Part shown: positions 23,800 through 34,064 of the stretch, one piece after another
Layout of the letters: every line of letters begins with the position of its first letter
Numbering within the stretch: the stretch's first letter is position 1
DNA from: Alphaproteobacteria bacterium
GTDB taxonomy: Bacteria; Pseudomonadota; Alphaproteobacteria; SHVV01
Assembly (NCBI GenBank): GCA_965261735.1
Contig: OZ253470.1
Location: 2,336,001-2,400,000, forward strand
Direction of reading: 5' to 3'
DNA length: 64,000 bases
Made by a program: the position numbers and the translations under genes
The notes under the pieces: generated by a model
What the model was told of the DNA's origin: nothing
Databases searched by the model: none
The model's input: the letters and a program-made list of their open reading frames with translations, nothing else

Positions 23800-24525
23800 A
23801 TGACCATCTGGGGCAAAATTCTCGGCGGAACCGTGGGCTTCGCGCTCGGCGGTCCGCTCGGTGCGCTGATCGGCGGCTTCGCCGGCCACGCCATCGATCG
23901 CATGCGCGCCGAGCCTGAAAGCCCCGATGCGACCAAGGAGATCGCCTTCACCATCGCCGTTGTCGTCCTCGGGGCCAAGATGGCGAAGGCCGACGGCGTC
24001 GTCACCGACGACGAGGTCGCCGCCTTCAAGCAGGTGTTTCACGTACCGCCCCACGAGATGCGGAACGTCGGTCGCCTGTTCGACCGGGCGCGCCGCGACG
24101 CCCACGGGTTCGAGCCCTACGCGCGCCAGATCGCGGGCCTGTTCAAGGACAACCCGGCCGTGCTCGAGGACCTTCTCGACGGCCTTTTCCATATCGCCAA
24201 GGCGGACAACGTCGTCCACCCCAAGGAGATCGACTACCTGCGCCGGGTCGCCGCCATCTTCGGTTTCGGCGACGCCGCCTTCGCGCGTATCCGCGCGAGC
24301 CATCTCGGACCCGACGAGGCCGATCCCTACGTCGTTCTCGGCGTCGCGCACGAGGTTTCGGACGCGGAGCTGAAAAAAGCCTATCGCCAGCTCATCCGCG
24401 AGAATCACCCCGATGGGCTGATCGCCCAGGGCCTGCCGCAGGAGTTTATCGACGTCGCCAACGACAAGCTGGCGGCGATCAACGACGCCTACGACCGCGT
24501 AAGCGCGCAACGAGGCCTCAAATAG
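23800..24525 (+). CDS. djlA: DjlA-like co-chaperone (TerB plus C-terminal J domain)
   Basis: IWGKILGG, AKMAKADGVV, DPYVVLG, ENHPD, INDAY. Confidence 0.88.
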   Translation: MTIWGKILGGTVGFALGGPLGALIGGFAGHAIDRMRAEPESPDATKEIAFTIAVVVLGAKMAKADGVVTDDEVAAFKQVFHVPPHEMRNVGRLFDRARRDAHGFEPYARQIAGLFKDNPAVLEDLLDGLFHIAKADNVVHPKEIDYLRRVAAIFGFGDAAFARIRASHLGPDEADPYVVLGVAHEVSDAELKKAYRQLIRENHPDGLIAQGLPQEFIDVANDKLAAINDAYDRVSAQRGLK

Positions 24526-24580
24526 CGGTGGTACGGCGTGCACGAACGGCCGCCGCAACGGCCGGCCGCGGGCCGGCGCC

Positions 24581-25468
24581 GTGAAGCCCCGACACATCGG
24601 GCTCGCGATCCTCGTCAACGTCGTCTTTGCCGTCAACGTCATGGCGGGCAAGATCGGCGTCGATCATTTTCCGGCGCTGTTCTTCACCGCGTTGCGGTTC
24701 GCTGTCGTGGCGCTTGCGGTGGCCGCCTTCATGCGCCTCCAGCCCGGGCGCATGGGGCAGCTGGTGCGGCTCGCCATGGTCATCGGCGTTTTTCACTTCG
24801 CGTTCATGTTCATCGGCCTCAAGCTCGCGTCCGGCATCTCGTCCGTGGCCATCGGCGCGCAGTTGTACATCCCGTTCGCGACCCTGCTCGCGGCCGTCTT
24901 TCTCAAGGAAAGGGTCGGGCTGTGGCGCCTGGCCGGTCTCGTGCTCGCGTTCTCGGGGGTGATGTTCATCACCTTCGATCCCAGCGTGTTCGACAACCTG
25001 GTATCGCTCGCGTTCGTCGTGCTCGGCGCTTTGGCGATGGGGGTCGGCGTCATCATGATACGGCGCAGCCATGCCGTCGACGTCGTCAACCTACAGGGCT
25101 GGATCGCCGTCATCTCGGTGCCGCAGCTGCTGATCCTGTCGTTCATCCTCGAGGACGGTCAAATCGAGGCGCTGCGTACCGCCGATGGCATGGTCATCGG
25201 CGCGCTGGCGTTCACGGCCCTGATCGGCACGCTGGTGGGGCATGGCGGCTGGTACCACCTGCTGCGGCGCTACCCGGTCGGCCTGGTAACCCCATTCCTA
25301 CTGCTCGCGCCCGTGTTCGCGGTGATCGGCGGGGTGCTGTTCATGGGCGACCTCTTCGGCTGGGCCATGGTTATCGGCGGCGCGATCACGCTCGCCGGGG
25401 TCGGCATCATCATCGTGCGCGAGGGTGCGGCCGCGGCCCGGCCCGCACCCGCGCCGGGCCGCGGCTAG
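24581..25468 (+). CDS. DMT/EamA-family transporter
   Basis: About 10 TM segments; ALRF, LKERV, PFLLLAPVF. Confidence 0.88.
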   Translation: MKPRHIGLAILVNVVFAVNVMAGKIGVDHFPALFFTALRFAVVALAVAAFMRLQPGRMGQLVRLAMVIGVFHFAFMFIGLKLASGISSVAIGAQLYIPFATLLAAVFLKERVGLWRLAGLVLAFSGVMFITFDPSVFDNLVSLAFVVLGALAMGVGVIMIRRSHAVDVVNLQGWIAVISVPQLLILSFILEDGQIEALRTADGMVIGALAFTALIGTLVGHGGWYHLLRRYPVGLVTPFLLLAPVFAVIGGVLFMGDLFGWAMVIGGAITLAGVGIIIVREGAAAARPAPAPGRG

Positions 25469-25480
25469 AGCTACGCCCGC

Positions 25481-26191
25481 GTGATCGAGCGCGCCTCGCC
25501 CAACCACGATGCGCGGCCCGCGCGGCCTGCGGGCGCCGCGATCGACATGTTGATCTTGCACTACACCGGGATGCCCGATACCGACGGTGCGTTGGCGCGG
25601 CTGTGCGACCCGGCAGCCAAGGTGAGCGCCCATTATCTCATCGACGAGGACGGCACCTCGTATCGGCTTATTTCCGAGGAACGGCGCGCCTGGCACGCCG
25701 GCGTGGCGAGGTGGGCCGGAGCGGCCGACGTCAACGGCCGCTCGATCGGGGTCGAGCTCGCCAATCCCGGGCACGAGTGGGGCTACCGGCCGTTTGCCGA
25801 GGCGCAGATGGCGGCGCTGGTGGATCTCGCCCGCGACATCCTCGCGCGCCATCCGATCCCTCCGCGCCACGTGCTCGGGCACGCGGACGTGGCGCCGAGC
25901 CGGCGCATGGACCCGGGTGAACTGTTCGATTGGCGCCGGCTCGCCGCCGCCGGCATCGGCCTGTGGCCGCGCGCGGAGCTGGCGCCGGCGGCCGAATACG
26001 GAGCCGGCGAGCTGCAGCGCAAGCTCGCGCGCTTCGGCTACGCGCTCGCGCCCTCGGGCACCCACGACGCCGAGACGACGGCCGTCGTCACGGCCTTTCA
26101 GCGCCACTTCAGGCAGGACCATATCGACGGCGTCGCCGATGCCGACACCCGCGCCCGCCTCGACGATCTGATTCGCCAGATCTCGTTATGA
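25481..26191 (+). CDS. N-acetylmuramoyl-L-alanine amidase (AmpD/AmiD-like) with PG-binding tail
   Basis: ILHYTG, VSAHYLI, RAWHAG, SIGVEL, GHADVAPSRRMDPG, AFQRHFR. Confidence 0.93.
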   Translation: MIERASPNHDARPARPAGAAIDMLILHYTGMPDTDGALARLCDPAAKVSAHYLIDEDGTSYRLISEERRAWHAGVARWAGAADVNGRSIGVELANPGHEWGYRPFAEAQMAALVDLARDILARHPIPPRHVLGHADVAPSRRMDPGELFDWRRLAAAGIGLWPRAELAPAAEYGAGELQRKLARFGYALAPSGTHDAETTAVVTAFQRHFRQDHIDGVADADTRARLDDLIRQISL

Positions 26192-26266
26192 GGCCGCGCT
26201 TCCACACCCGGGATCGCAATCGCTTCGCCCCTTGACCGGGGTTCGGGCGGTCGCTACGTACAATGG

Positions 26267-26699
<433 letters not shown>

Positions 26700-26733
26700 G
26701 CTTTGCCTGCAACGGGCCGAGGGAGTCGGAGAA

Positions 26734-27279
26734 ATGGCGAAAGTATCGAAGTCGGCACGCATCGGCCGCCCCGCGGGCGAGGTGTGGGCGCTCATCCGCG
26801 GCTTCAACGATCTACCGAAATGGCTGCCCGGCGGCGCCACCTCGACGATGGAGGGCGAGGGCGTCGGCGCCGTGCGCACGCTCGTCGGGCATGGCCGGGT
26901 CAAGGAACGCCTCGACGCCTACGATGAGGCGGGGCGCACCTTCTCCTACAGCATCGTCGAAGGAACGCTACCGGTTGCGGGCTACGCGAGCACCATGCGC
27001 GTGATCGCCGAGGGCGACGATGCGTGCATCGTGGAATGGTGGAGCACGTTCGAGCCCGACGGCGCGCCCGAGGCCGAGGTCGTCGCCGACATCGAGGCCC
27101 TCTACGACCGAGGCCTCGCCGGCATCAAGGACACCCTAGTCTCCGAACGTTCTTGCGGCATGGTTTATGACCGGACAGACTCGCTTATCGAGCGAGGTCC
27201 ACGCCTGGTCGAGGTCTTGAAGGACTTAGTCACATCATGGAAGCGTGGCGATTTGCGCGGGAGGCTCACCAATGACTAA
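26734..27279 (+). CDS. SRPBCC/polyketide-cyclase-family protein with a probably foreign C-terminal extension after about 27140
   Basis: EVWALI.GF..LPKW, GVGAVR, ERL, FSYSI, VEWWSTF; composition changes after ...GIKDTLV. Confidence 0.82.
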   Translation: MAKVSKSARIGRPAGEVWALIRGFNDLPKWLPGGATSTMEGEGVGAVRTLVGHGRVKERLDAYDEAGRTFSYSIVEGTLPVAGYASTMRVIAEGDDACIVEWWSTFEPDGAPEAEVVADIEALYDRGLAGIKDTLVSERSCGMVYDRTDSLIERGPRLVEVLKDLVTSWKRGDLRGRLTND

Positions 27280-27573
27280 GATTCGTGCCTTTGTGGGCCA
27301 TAGTTTTGTTGATGACGATGCAGGAGTCGTAGGTAAGTTCCTATTGTACTTTGACCAATTGTCAAAATCGAGTTTGGATTTCTCATGGGAACATGCCGAA
27401 GCTGCAGAGCCTAAGGCTCTGGCTGAAAAGGTGATGCGCCTCATGTCAGATAAGGATGTTTTTGTGGGGATTTGCACCAGGAGAGAACGCGCGATTTCTC
27501 CTGCATCTCTTAAGCCAACGTTGCTTAGATCCAATGTCCTGAAGGCACAGGAGAAGGAGTTCTCTCTCTTGGA
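27272..27573 (+). pseudogene. Lower-GC gene fragment, TIR/nucleotide-binding-like N-terminal domain, truncated by ISKra4
   Basis: GGAGG RBS; IRAFVGHSF...WEHAEAAEP..LAEKVMRLMSDKDVFVGICT beta-alpha pattern; the TIR call is inference. Confidence 0.5.
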
Positions 27574-29228
27574 GGGTGCGAGTCTCGCATGGCAGTGATG
27601 TCTGCGGCTTGGTTCGTTGAGTTCAGGCAGCGATTGCCATGGCTGCTGCACGTGGACTGATGTTGTCGTTGGCCGGTGTGTCGGTTGCGCTGATCAGGGC
27701 CTTCCATGCGCGCTCGAAGCGGCCGGATTTGATCAGGGCGCGGAAGGTCAGAACAGCCTGTCCGCCGACGATCCGCCAGCGCATGCCGGAGCGCTTCATG
27801 CGCTGTGTCACCAGGGATCTTGTTGGCAGCCTCGACCACGCCTGAGCCGATGGCGATGCCCTCTTCCTTCAGGGCGTGGTAGCGCATGCGATGGCGATGC
27901 TTGCGGAAGAAGGCGAGTTCCCGCTCGGTCTCGGCCCGGTCCGGCGCAGCGGCGGCATCGCGAAGGTGGCGCAGCGCCCGGATCACCTTGGCGACGCCAC
28001 GGGGATCGTGACGGAGGATCTCGCGGTACTTCTCGAACCAGCCGGGCGCCACGGCATGGTCGGACGCGGTTTGCAGATGTTCGCAAGCATGCCAGAAGTC
28101 GATCACCTCGGTTTCGGGCGACAGGGTCTCCAGGAAGGTCCAGTTGTCGGCGGCGCCATCGGCGATAGCGACGATCCCGATCTCGGGGCGTGCTCGCCTG
28201 ATGTGTGCGACTTCGCTTGCAAGCTGCGCCTTCAGCGTGAGCTTGCCGCTCTCCGGCATGGGGCCGAGATAGAGGGTCTTCAGGCGCTTGCCCTCGGCGT
28301 CGTGGAAGGAGACCGTGCCGCAGGCGGCCTCGCGCCAGGAGGCCTTGGCGCGACCGTCCTCGCCGGGTCTCAGCGACACCATGACGCCGTCGAGGGAGAC
28401 CGAGGCGGTGGTCGCGTCCTGCGGTATGCCCTCGGCCTCACGGATGCTGCCCAGCGTCTCCGGGCCGAGGCTCTCCCAGCATTCGTGCATGCTCAGGGTC
28501 AGGCGCTCACCGACGGCGTCATGGCGCCGGTCTTCGCAAAGAACGCCGCCGCTTCCCGGGCCGTGCAGCGACCCATCATCAGCAGACCGAGCTCGGCCGC
28601 CGGCCGCGTCAGGTAATCGTCGACGAGGCCCAGGCTCTCGTCGACCGGCACCGGCGATGCCCCGCTCGCGCCGCTGCGGTAACGCGCTCGCCGGTAGGTC
28701 ACCGGACCGAGCGAGGTCATGATCGTCTTCGGCGTCACCGCGACCCGGAACCAGCTCTGCCCGTCCCGCTCGATCCGGGAAGCGCCATCGTCCCGGTTCT
28801 CGATGACGGCGCCCATGACATCGCGAGCGAACTCGTTCGTGGCCTCACGCACCCGCAACTCGACCTCCTCGGGCGCCTCGGGGCGCGGCTCGGAACGAAG
28901 CTCCTCGCGACACAGTGCGAGCACCCGGGCGGCCGCCTCGACGACCCGAGGAGGCAGGCCGGAAAGATCGATGGACGAAGGCGCCGGAGGCGGGGATACT
29001 GCCATGGGAATGCTCCCGATGTTGGGTTTCGAGACACGGCATCGTACCGCTTCTGGCGGTGCGGAGCGTTCCCACCTTCCCCTGCTCGACCCTGCCGTCG
29101 TGACAAAATCCTGCCTTGGAGCGGCCCATTGTCACGAATAGCCGTTTTCGGCCGTTCGTCTCGACACAAAAACGCACTAAATCAATGACTTAGATTTTCC
29201 ATACCAGACCCATACCAGACCCACACCC
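27574..29228 (-). mobile_element. ISKra4/UPF0236-type IS with frameshifted transposase (about 27623-29005)
   Basis: SLDGVMV, IADGAADNW, IDFWHACEHL, GSGVVEAANK, RMKRSGMRW; frameshifts near 28505 and 27815; imperfect ends GGGTGCGAGTCT / AGACCCACACCC. Confidence 0.85.
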
Positions 29229-29975
29229 GATGCACCCCACCGGGACCAGCGGAACCGCGAGCTCGCCGCCCCCGATCTGCTCCGTTCTCGTCGGTGAACA
29301 GTCCGCCGGGGCGGCGGTCTTCAGGTTGCCAAACTCGACCCGGGAATAGACGTTCGATTTAATGACTCCAACAAAACCCTTAGGGATGTTGGTAACCTCG
29401 AATGTTTCCACGTCCCACAGGTAAAGGTTCATGCGGTACTTCCCGGGGGTGAGCACCGAAGTTTGTGGTCCCTTTTGGCCCCCACCAAGGTTCAGGAAGT
29501 AGGTCGCATCACTGACCATCCTGGCGGTTGCACCGGCCGCAAAGGGGTCGGCGTAGGTCTGGTCCGGACGCATCGGTCGGCCGTCGACGGCAACAATGTA
29601 CCCGTAGCGGTCCTCCGGAATCTCGACCAACTGCCTCACGTCCACTTCGTAGAAGACGTTTAGGAACGGCTCGAAGTGGAACCCCGGGGGCAGAATGTCG
29701 GCCTGCGGACTCTTTTCGCCATTGGTGGCGATGATCGCACCCGCCTCGAGGTTACCGCCGAAATAGATCTTGTGCCTCAGGCCGGTCTCATCCTCACCTA
29801 CAAAGACATACGAAGTAGAGGCCACAATCAAGAGGATGAGAAGAACGCCGACAACTCGCACTCCCTGACGAACCGCCTGAGCCAAGTCCTGCCGCGCCGG
29901 ATCAGTTGTCGTGATGAACCGCGGTCCAAGAACGACGAGAATTGCGGCAATGATGGCGAGTAGGATTGTGAGCAT
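29229..29975 (-). pseudogene. SPFH/band-7 (long flotillin-type) membrane protein, N-terminal part, 3'-truncated by ISKra4
   Basis: Two TM helices then repeats GEKSPQADILPPGFHF / GQKGPQTSVLTPGKYR; RBS before ATG 29975. Confidence 0.65.
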
Positions 29976-30098
29976 AGCCAACTCCCGTATCCGCGAGTTT
30001 AAGCGGAATAGCGCCAACGTTCACTGCATGGACACAGGTGTCCTCATCGCGTACGACAGCGCCCTGAAGGGCGCCGAAGAGGCAGTGCCGGCAACCGC

Positions 30099-30746
30099 CT
30101 AGCCCGCCCCCACGTCGTCGGGGGAGCGCGCGAGGGCCACGCCGACCAGAGAATCGCGGGTGACGAGCTTGGCGAGCTCCGCTTCGGAGAAGCCCTCCGT
30201 GCCCTCGGGACGCAAGGGGATGACGATGTAGCGCATGTCGGCGGTCGAGTCGGCGACGCTGAGCTCCACGTTCGCGGGCAGCTCGGTGCCGAACTCACGC
30301 AACACGCCGCGCGGGTTGATGACGACGCGCGATCGGTAGGCCCGGCTCTTGTACCACGCGGGCGGAATGCCGAGCAGCTTGCGCGGGTAGCACGAGCACA
30401 GCGTGCAGACGATGACGTGGTGGCGCTCGGGCGTGTCCTCGAGAGCGATCAGGCCGGGCGAGTTGCTGAGGTCGATGCTCAGGCTCTCGGCCGCCGCCTT
30501 GGCATCGGCCAGCAGGAAGCGCTTGAACTCGGGATCGACCCAGGCCCGCGCCACCACCTTGGCGCCGAGCGCTGGGGTGCGCGATTCCATGTCGGCGATC
30601 TGCCGGGTGATATCGACCGCCGTGAGGTGGCCGCCCTCGATGAGGAGCTCGCGCACCGCCTGCTCGAGGATCTCGTAGGGCCCCGGTGGACCACCGCCTT
30701 CGTCGACCGCCTCGTGCGCGTGGCCGTGGCTCGCCGCATCCGCCAT
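30099..30746 (-). CDS. Co-type nitrile hydratase alpha / thiocyanate hydrolase gamma-like subunit
   Basis: GAKVVARAWVDPEFK, VCTLCSCYPR, WYKS..YRSRVV, DSTADMRYIVIP.RPEGT. Confidence 0.93.
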   Translation of the reverse strand: MADAASHGHAHEAVDEGGGPPGPYEILEQAVRELLIEGGHLTAVDITRQIADMESRTPALGAKVVARAWVDPEFKRFLLADAKAAAESLSIDLSNSPGLIALEDTPERHHVIVCTLCSCYPRKLLGIPPAWYKSRAYRSRVVINPRGVLREFGTELPANVELSVADSTADMRYIVIPLRPEGTEGFSEAELAKLVTRDSLVGVALARSPDDVGAG

Positions 30747-30756
30747 TACCGGCGCC

Positions 30757-31041
30757 TCACGACAGCTCCAGCCAGTGCTCGTAGATGTCGGCGACCAGCG
30801 AATCGCGCACCGCGGCGGGGTAGCCGGACCACAGGTCCGCCTGATCGAAACGCACCCGATAGAGCTCGATCTTGGGCAGGCCGGGCCTATGGTAGGCGAG
30901 CTCCTCGGGGTTGCGGTACGCGCCGAGGTCGCTCTCGATCACGCCGTTGCGGCCGCGCAGATAGTAGGGCGTGCGGCAGTGGCCCTCGTGCTCGCGGGTC
31001 ATGACCCGCACCCGGTCGCCGGCCTTGTAACGCGCCGCCAT
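30757..31041 (-). CDS. Nitrile hydratase beta C-terminal SH3-like domain as a separate gene (ScnA-like)
   Basis: YKAGDRVRV, GHCRTPYYLRG, LYRVRF, DLW, DIYEHWLE. Confidence 0.88.
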   Translation of the reverse strand: MAARYKAGDRVRVMTREHEGHCRTPYYLRGRNGVIESDLGAYRNPEELAYHRPGLPKIELYRVRFDQADLWSGYPAAVRDSLVADIYEHWLELS

Positions 31042-31373
31042 CAGCCCGCGGCCCCGGTCGCGTGTTCGGCCACGATACGGGCCTCGATTTCGGCCACGCG
31101 CTTCTCGAGCGCCTTAGGGTTGATCAGTCCCTTCTCCAGGACCAGACGCTTGATCGATTCCATCCACAGCTCGTAGTAGGACAGGCTCTTGTACATTTCT
31201 TCCGGGACGGTCTCCATGACGCGGCGCTGGGCGTCGACGGCAAAGTGCGAGCGCGGCGGGTCGGCAAGCAGGCGCAGCAGGGCATCGACACGCTTCTCGA
31301 AGAAGGTGAGCTCGTGCTCGCTCGTGTCGATGGCGCCGGCTTCGCGCCCGCCGAGATCGCTCTGTGCCCGCAT
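31041..31373 (-). CDS. Nitrile hydratase beta N-terminal domain as a separate gene (ScnB-like)
   Basis: SDLGG, FEKRVDAL, DAQRRVME, YKSLSYYELW, LEKGLI. Confidence 0.85.
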   Translation of the reverse strand: MRAQSDLGGREAGAIDTSEHELTFFEKRVDALLRLLADPPRSHFAVDAQRRVMETVPEEMYKSLSYYELWMESIKRLVLEKGLINPKALEKRVAEIEARIVAEHATGAAG

Positions 31374-31524
31374 CGCTCCACCCTAAGACGAATGCGTTCG
31401 AGTATAGGTTTGCGGCCGCCGGGGCACAACGACTCGGCGGTGGACGGCGCGCCGGGTTCGGCCCTACTGTTGCCCCACGAGGGAGGCTCGGCCGCGCCGG
31501 GCGCCAGCCGGAGGGGGGGCGACA

Positions 31525-32193
31525 ATGACCACGGCGCGTTTCGAGGGCCAGGACAAGGCCATGAAGAGCGCCGGCTACGGCGAGCGCCTCGGCTTCGGCG
31601 AGCGCCCGGCCCTTCTGATCGTCGATATCACCCGCGGCTTCACCGAGAAGCGCTACAAGTTCGCGTGCGACATGGACGGCCCCGTCGAGGCCAACAACCG
31701 CCTCATCGCGGCGGCGCGCCCCAAGGGCGTGCCGATCGTTTTCACCACCGTTTGGTACGATGACCCCGATTTCGCCGATGCCGGCATCTGGGGGATCAAG
31801 CTCAAGGGTGCGCACGAGCTCCGCGCCGGCTCGCCCGCCGTCGAGATCGACCCACGGCTCGACCGGCGACCGGGCGATGCCCTGCTGATGAAGAAGTACG
31901 CGTCGAGCTTCTTCGGCACCGACCTGTCCTCGCGCCTGGTTTCGCAGCGTATCGACACGGTTATCATCACGGGCGCCTCCACGAGTGGCTGCGTCCGCGC
32001 CACCGCGGTGGATGCGATCCAGTACGGCTTTCGTCCCATCATCGTGCGCGACGCCGTCGGCGACCGCTGGCCCGCCGCCCACGAGCAGGCGCTCTACGAC
32101 ATGCACGCCAAATATGGCGACGTGCTCGACAGCGCCGAGGTCGTCGGCTACCTCAACGGGTTGGCAACGACCGCGCACGCCGCCGCCGAGTGA
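31525..32193 (+). CDS. Isochorismatase-family cysteine amidohydrolase (N-carbamoylsarcosine amidase/NicF-like)
   Basis: GFGERPALLIVD, KKYASSFFGT, GASTSGCVRATAVDA. Confidence 0.9.
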   Translation: MTTARFEGQDKAMKSAGYGERLGFGERPALLIVDITRGFTEKRYKFACDMDGPVEANNRLIAAARPKGVPIVFTTVWYDDPDFADAGIWGIKLKGAHELRAGSPAVEIDPRLDRRPGDALLMKKYASSFFGTDLSSRLVSQRIDTVIITGASTSGCVRATAVDAIQYGFRPIIVRDAVGDRWPAAHEQALYDMHAKYGDVLDSAEVVGYLNGLATTAHAAAE

Positions 32194-32287
32194 GGCGACT
32201 CCCCGGATTGCGGTTGCCACCGCGTCGGGGCACGACCAGAATGAGCGCCTCGCCGGTTTGGGCGAGGCGAAACGCGACGAGGTCACC

Positions 32288-32653
32288 ATGGGGGTCCACA
32301 GGCTAGACCACTACAACATCGTGACGGAGAAGCTCGACGAAACGGTCGCGTTCTACGTCAGCGTCCTCGGACTCGAGGACGGCAAGCGGCCCACCTTCCA
32401 GTTTCCCGGCGCGTGGCTCTACAGTGGCGCCAGTCCGCTCGTCCACTTGATGCAGCTCGGCGAGGACCGCGGCCAAGGCACGGGCCCGATCGATCACATC
32501 GCCTTCGAGGCGAGCGACTATGACGGTTTCACGCAGCATCTGAAGGACCACGGCGTCACCTACGACGAACGCTTCATCGAGGACGCCAACCTGCGCCAGG
32601 TCTTCCTCCTCGATCCCAACGGCGTCAAGGTGGAGATCAACTTCCCGCAGTAG
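32288..32653 (+). CDS. VOC/glyoxalase-family protein
   Basis: LDHYNI, FY..VLGL, FPGAWL, IDHIAF, DPNGVKVE. Confidence 0.9.
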   Translation: MGVHRLDHYNIVTEKLDETVAFYVSVLGLEDGKRPTFQFPGAWLYSGASPLVHLMQLGEDRGQGTGPIDHIAFEASDYDGFTQHLKDHGVTYDERFIEDANLRQVFLLDPNGVKVEINFPQ

Positions 32654-32787
32654 CCGGCCGCGGCAACGGGGGGGCATCCGCATACCCGATGGGCCGCCGG
32701 GCCGCGCGCACTCGCCCCGGCGCCCCTCTCGTACGCCGCGCACGCGAGCACACCGATCCAGCAGCAGAATCTAAGGAGAGAACTAAC

Positions 32788-33762
32788 ATGAGACTCGTCA
32801 ACTTCAAGAGAGACCGCACCGTCCGTGTCGGGGCCGAGGACGGCGGCGAGATCGTCGACCTCATCGATGCACTGGGGGGTGATCGCAGGGCCGCCGCCGC
32901 GGACCGCGCCATCCTCGGCGATACGATTTCGCTCATTGCCGCCGGCCCCAAGGGAATGCGCCTCGCGCGCAAGGCCGTACGCCTAAGCCGCAAGGGCGGC
33001 AAGGGGCGCATGCCGCGGTCCAAGGCGAAGCTCACCGCGCCCCTGCAGCCGAGCATTATCCTGTGTTCCGGCGAGAACTACTGGGACCACCGCGAAGAGA
33101 AACCCAAGGTGGATCCCAAGGAGCCCGAATTCTTCGTCAAGGTGCCGCAGGCGGTGTGCGGGCCGCGCGACACCATCCTCTACGATCGCTCGATCACCAA
33201 GAAGCTCGACTACGAGGCGGAACTAGCCGTGCTGATCGGCAAGCCGGGTCGCCATATCCCCAAGAAGCGCGCCCTCGAGCACGTATTCGGCTACACCATC
33301 ATGAACGACGTCACCGCGCGTGATCGCCAGGTCATGTTCAAGCCCGACGGCTCGATGTTCTACATCGTCGGCCCGAGCAAGAACTTCGACACCAGCGCGC
33401 CGATGGGCCCGTGCATCGTCACCGCCGACGAAATGCGCGACCCGCAGACGATGGAGATCAGCAGCCGCGTCAACAAGGAGGTGCGCCAGCACAACACCAC
33501 GGCCAACATGATCTGGAAGGTGGCCGATCTCGTGGCGTTCTTCTCCGCCAACCTCACGCTCAAAGCCGGCATGGTGATCTCCACCGGCACACCGGGCGGC
33601 ACCGCGTGGGGCACCGACCCCGAGCTCGGCGGCCGCGCCAAGAAGCGCGGCGACGTCGTCCTGCCGGCGGGCTACCTCAGGCCCGGCGACGTGGTGACGT
33701 GCGAGATCGAGGGCATCGGCAAGCTGCGCAACAAGGTAGCGGTCTACAAGCGCGCGGCCTAA
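32788..33762 (+). CDS. Fumarylacetoacetate hydrolase-family protein
   Basis: GENYWDH, LDYEAELAV, NDVTARD, KNFDTSAPMGP, STGTPGG. Confidence 0.92.
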   Translation: MRLVNFKRDRTVRVGAEDGGEIVDLIDALGGDRRAAAADRAILGDTISLIAAGPKGMRLARKAVRLSRKGGKGRMPRSKAKLTAPLQPSIILCSGENYWDHREEKPKVDPKEPEFFVKVPQAVCGPRDTILYDRSITKKLDYEAELAVLIGKPGRHIPKKRALEHVFGYTIMNDVTARDRQVMFKPDGSMFYIVGPSKNFDTSAPMGPCIVTADEMRDPQTMEISSRVNKEVRQHNTTANMIWKVADLVAFFSANLTLKAGMVISTGTPGGTAWGTDPELGGRAKKRGDVVLPAGYLRPGDVVTCEIEGIGKLRNKVAVYKRAA

Positions 33763-33848
33763 CGCGCTTCGGCGGGCGGCGGCGCAGGCGCCTGCCCGCC
33801 CGCCAGCGGTTTGCGACAGATGGCGGGGTTGGCGCTACACTGGCGCGC

Positions 33849-34046
33849 ATGCAGAGCGTCCTGGTGGTTCTCATTGGCGTCGCCCTCGCCGCCACCCTCG
33901 GCGTCCTCGCCACGGGCTTCATCAGCATGGCGAGCGGCGGCGCCTTCAACCGCAAGTACGGCAATATCCTGATGCGCGCCCGCATCGGCACGCAAGGAGT
34001 GACGGTGCTGCTGATGCTGCTGTACGCCCTCACGACCTGGTTGTAG
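33849..34046 (+). CDS. HIG1-like twin transmembrane helix small protein
   Basis: VLATGFISMASGGAFNRKYGNILMRARI.TQ; usual position upstream of pduO. Confidence 0.85.
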   Translation: MQSVLVVLIGVALAATLGVLATGFISMASGGAFNRKYGNILMRARIGTQGVTVLLMLLYALTTWL

Positions 34047-34064
34047 GAGCGTTCCTGGCGCGCC

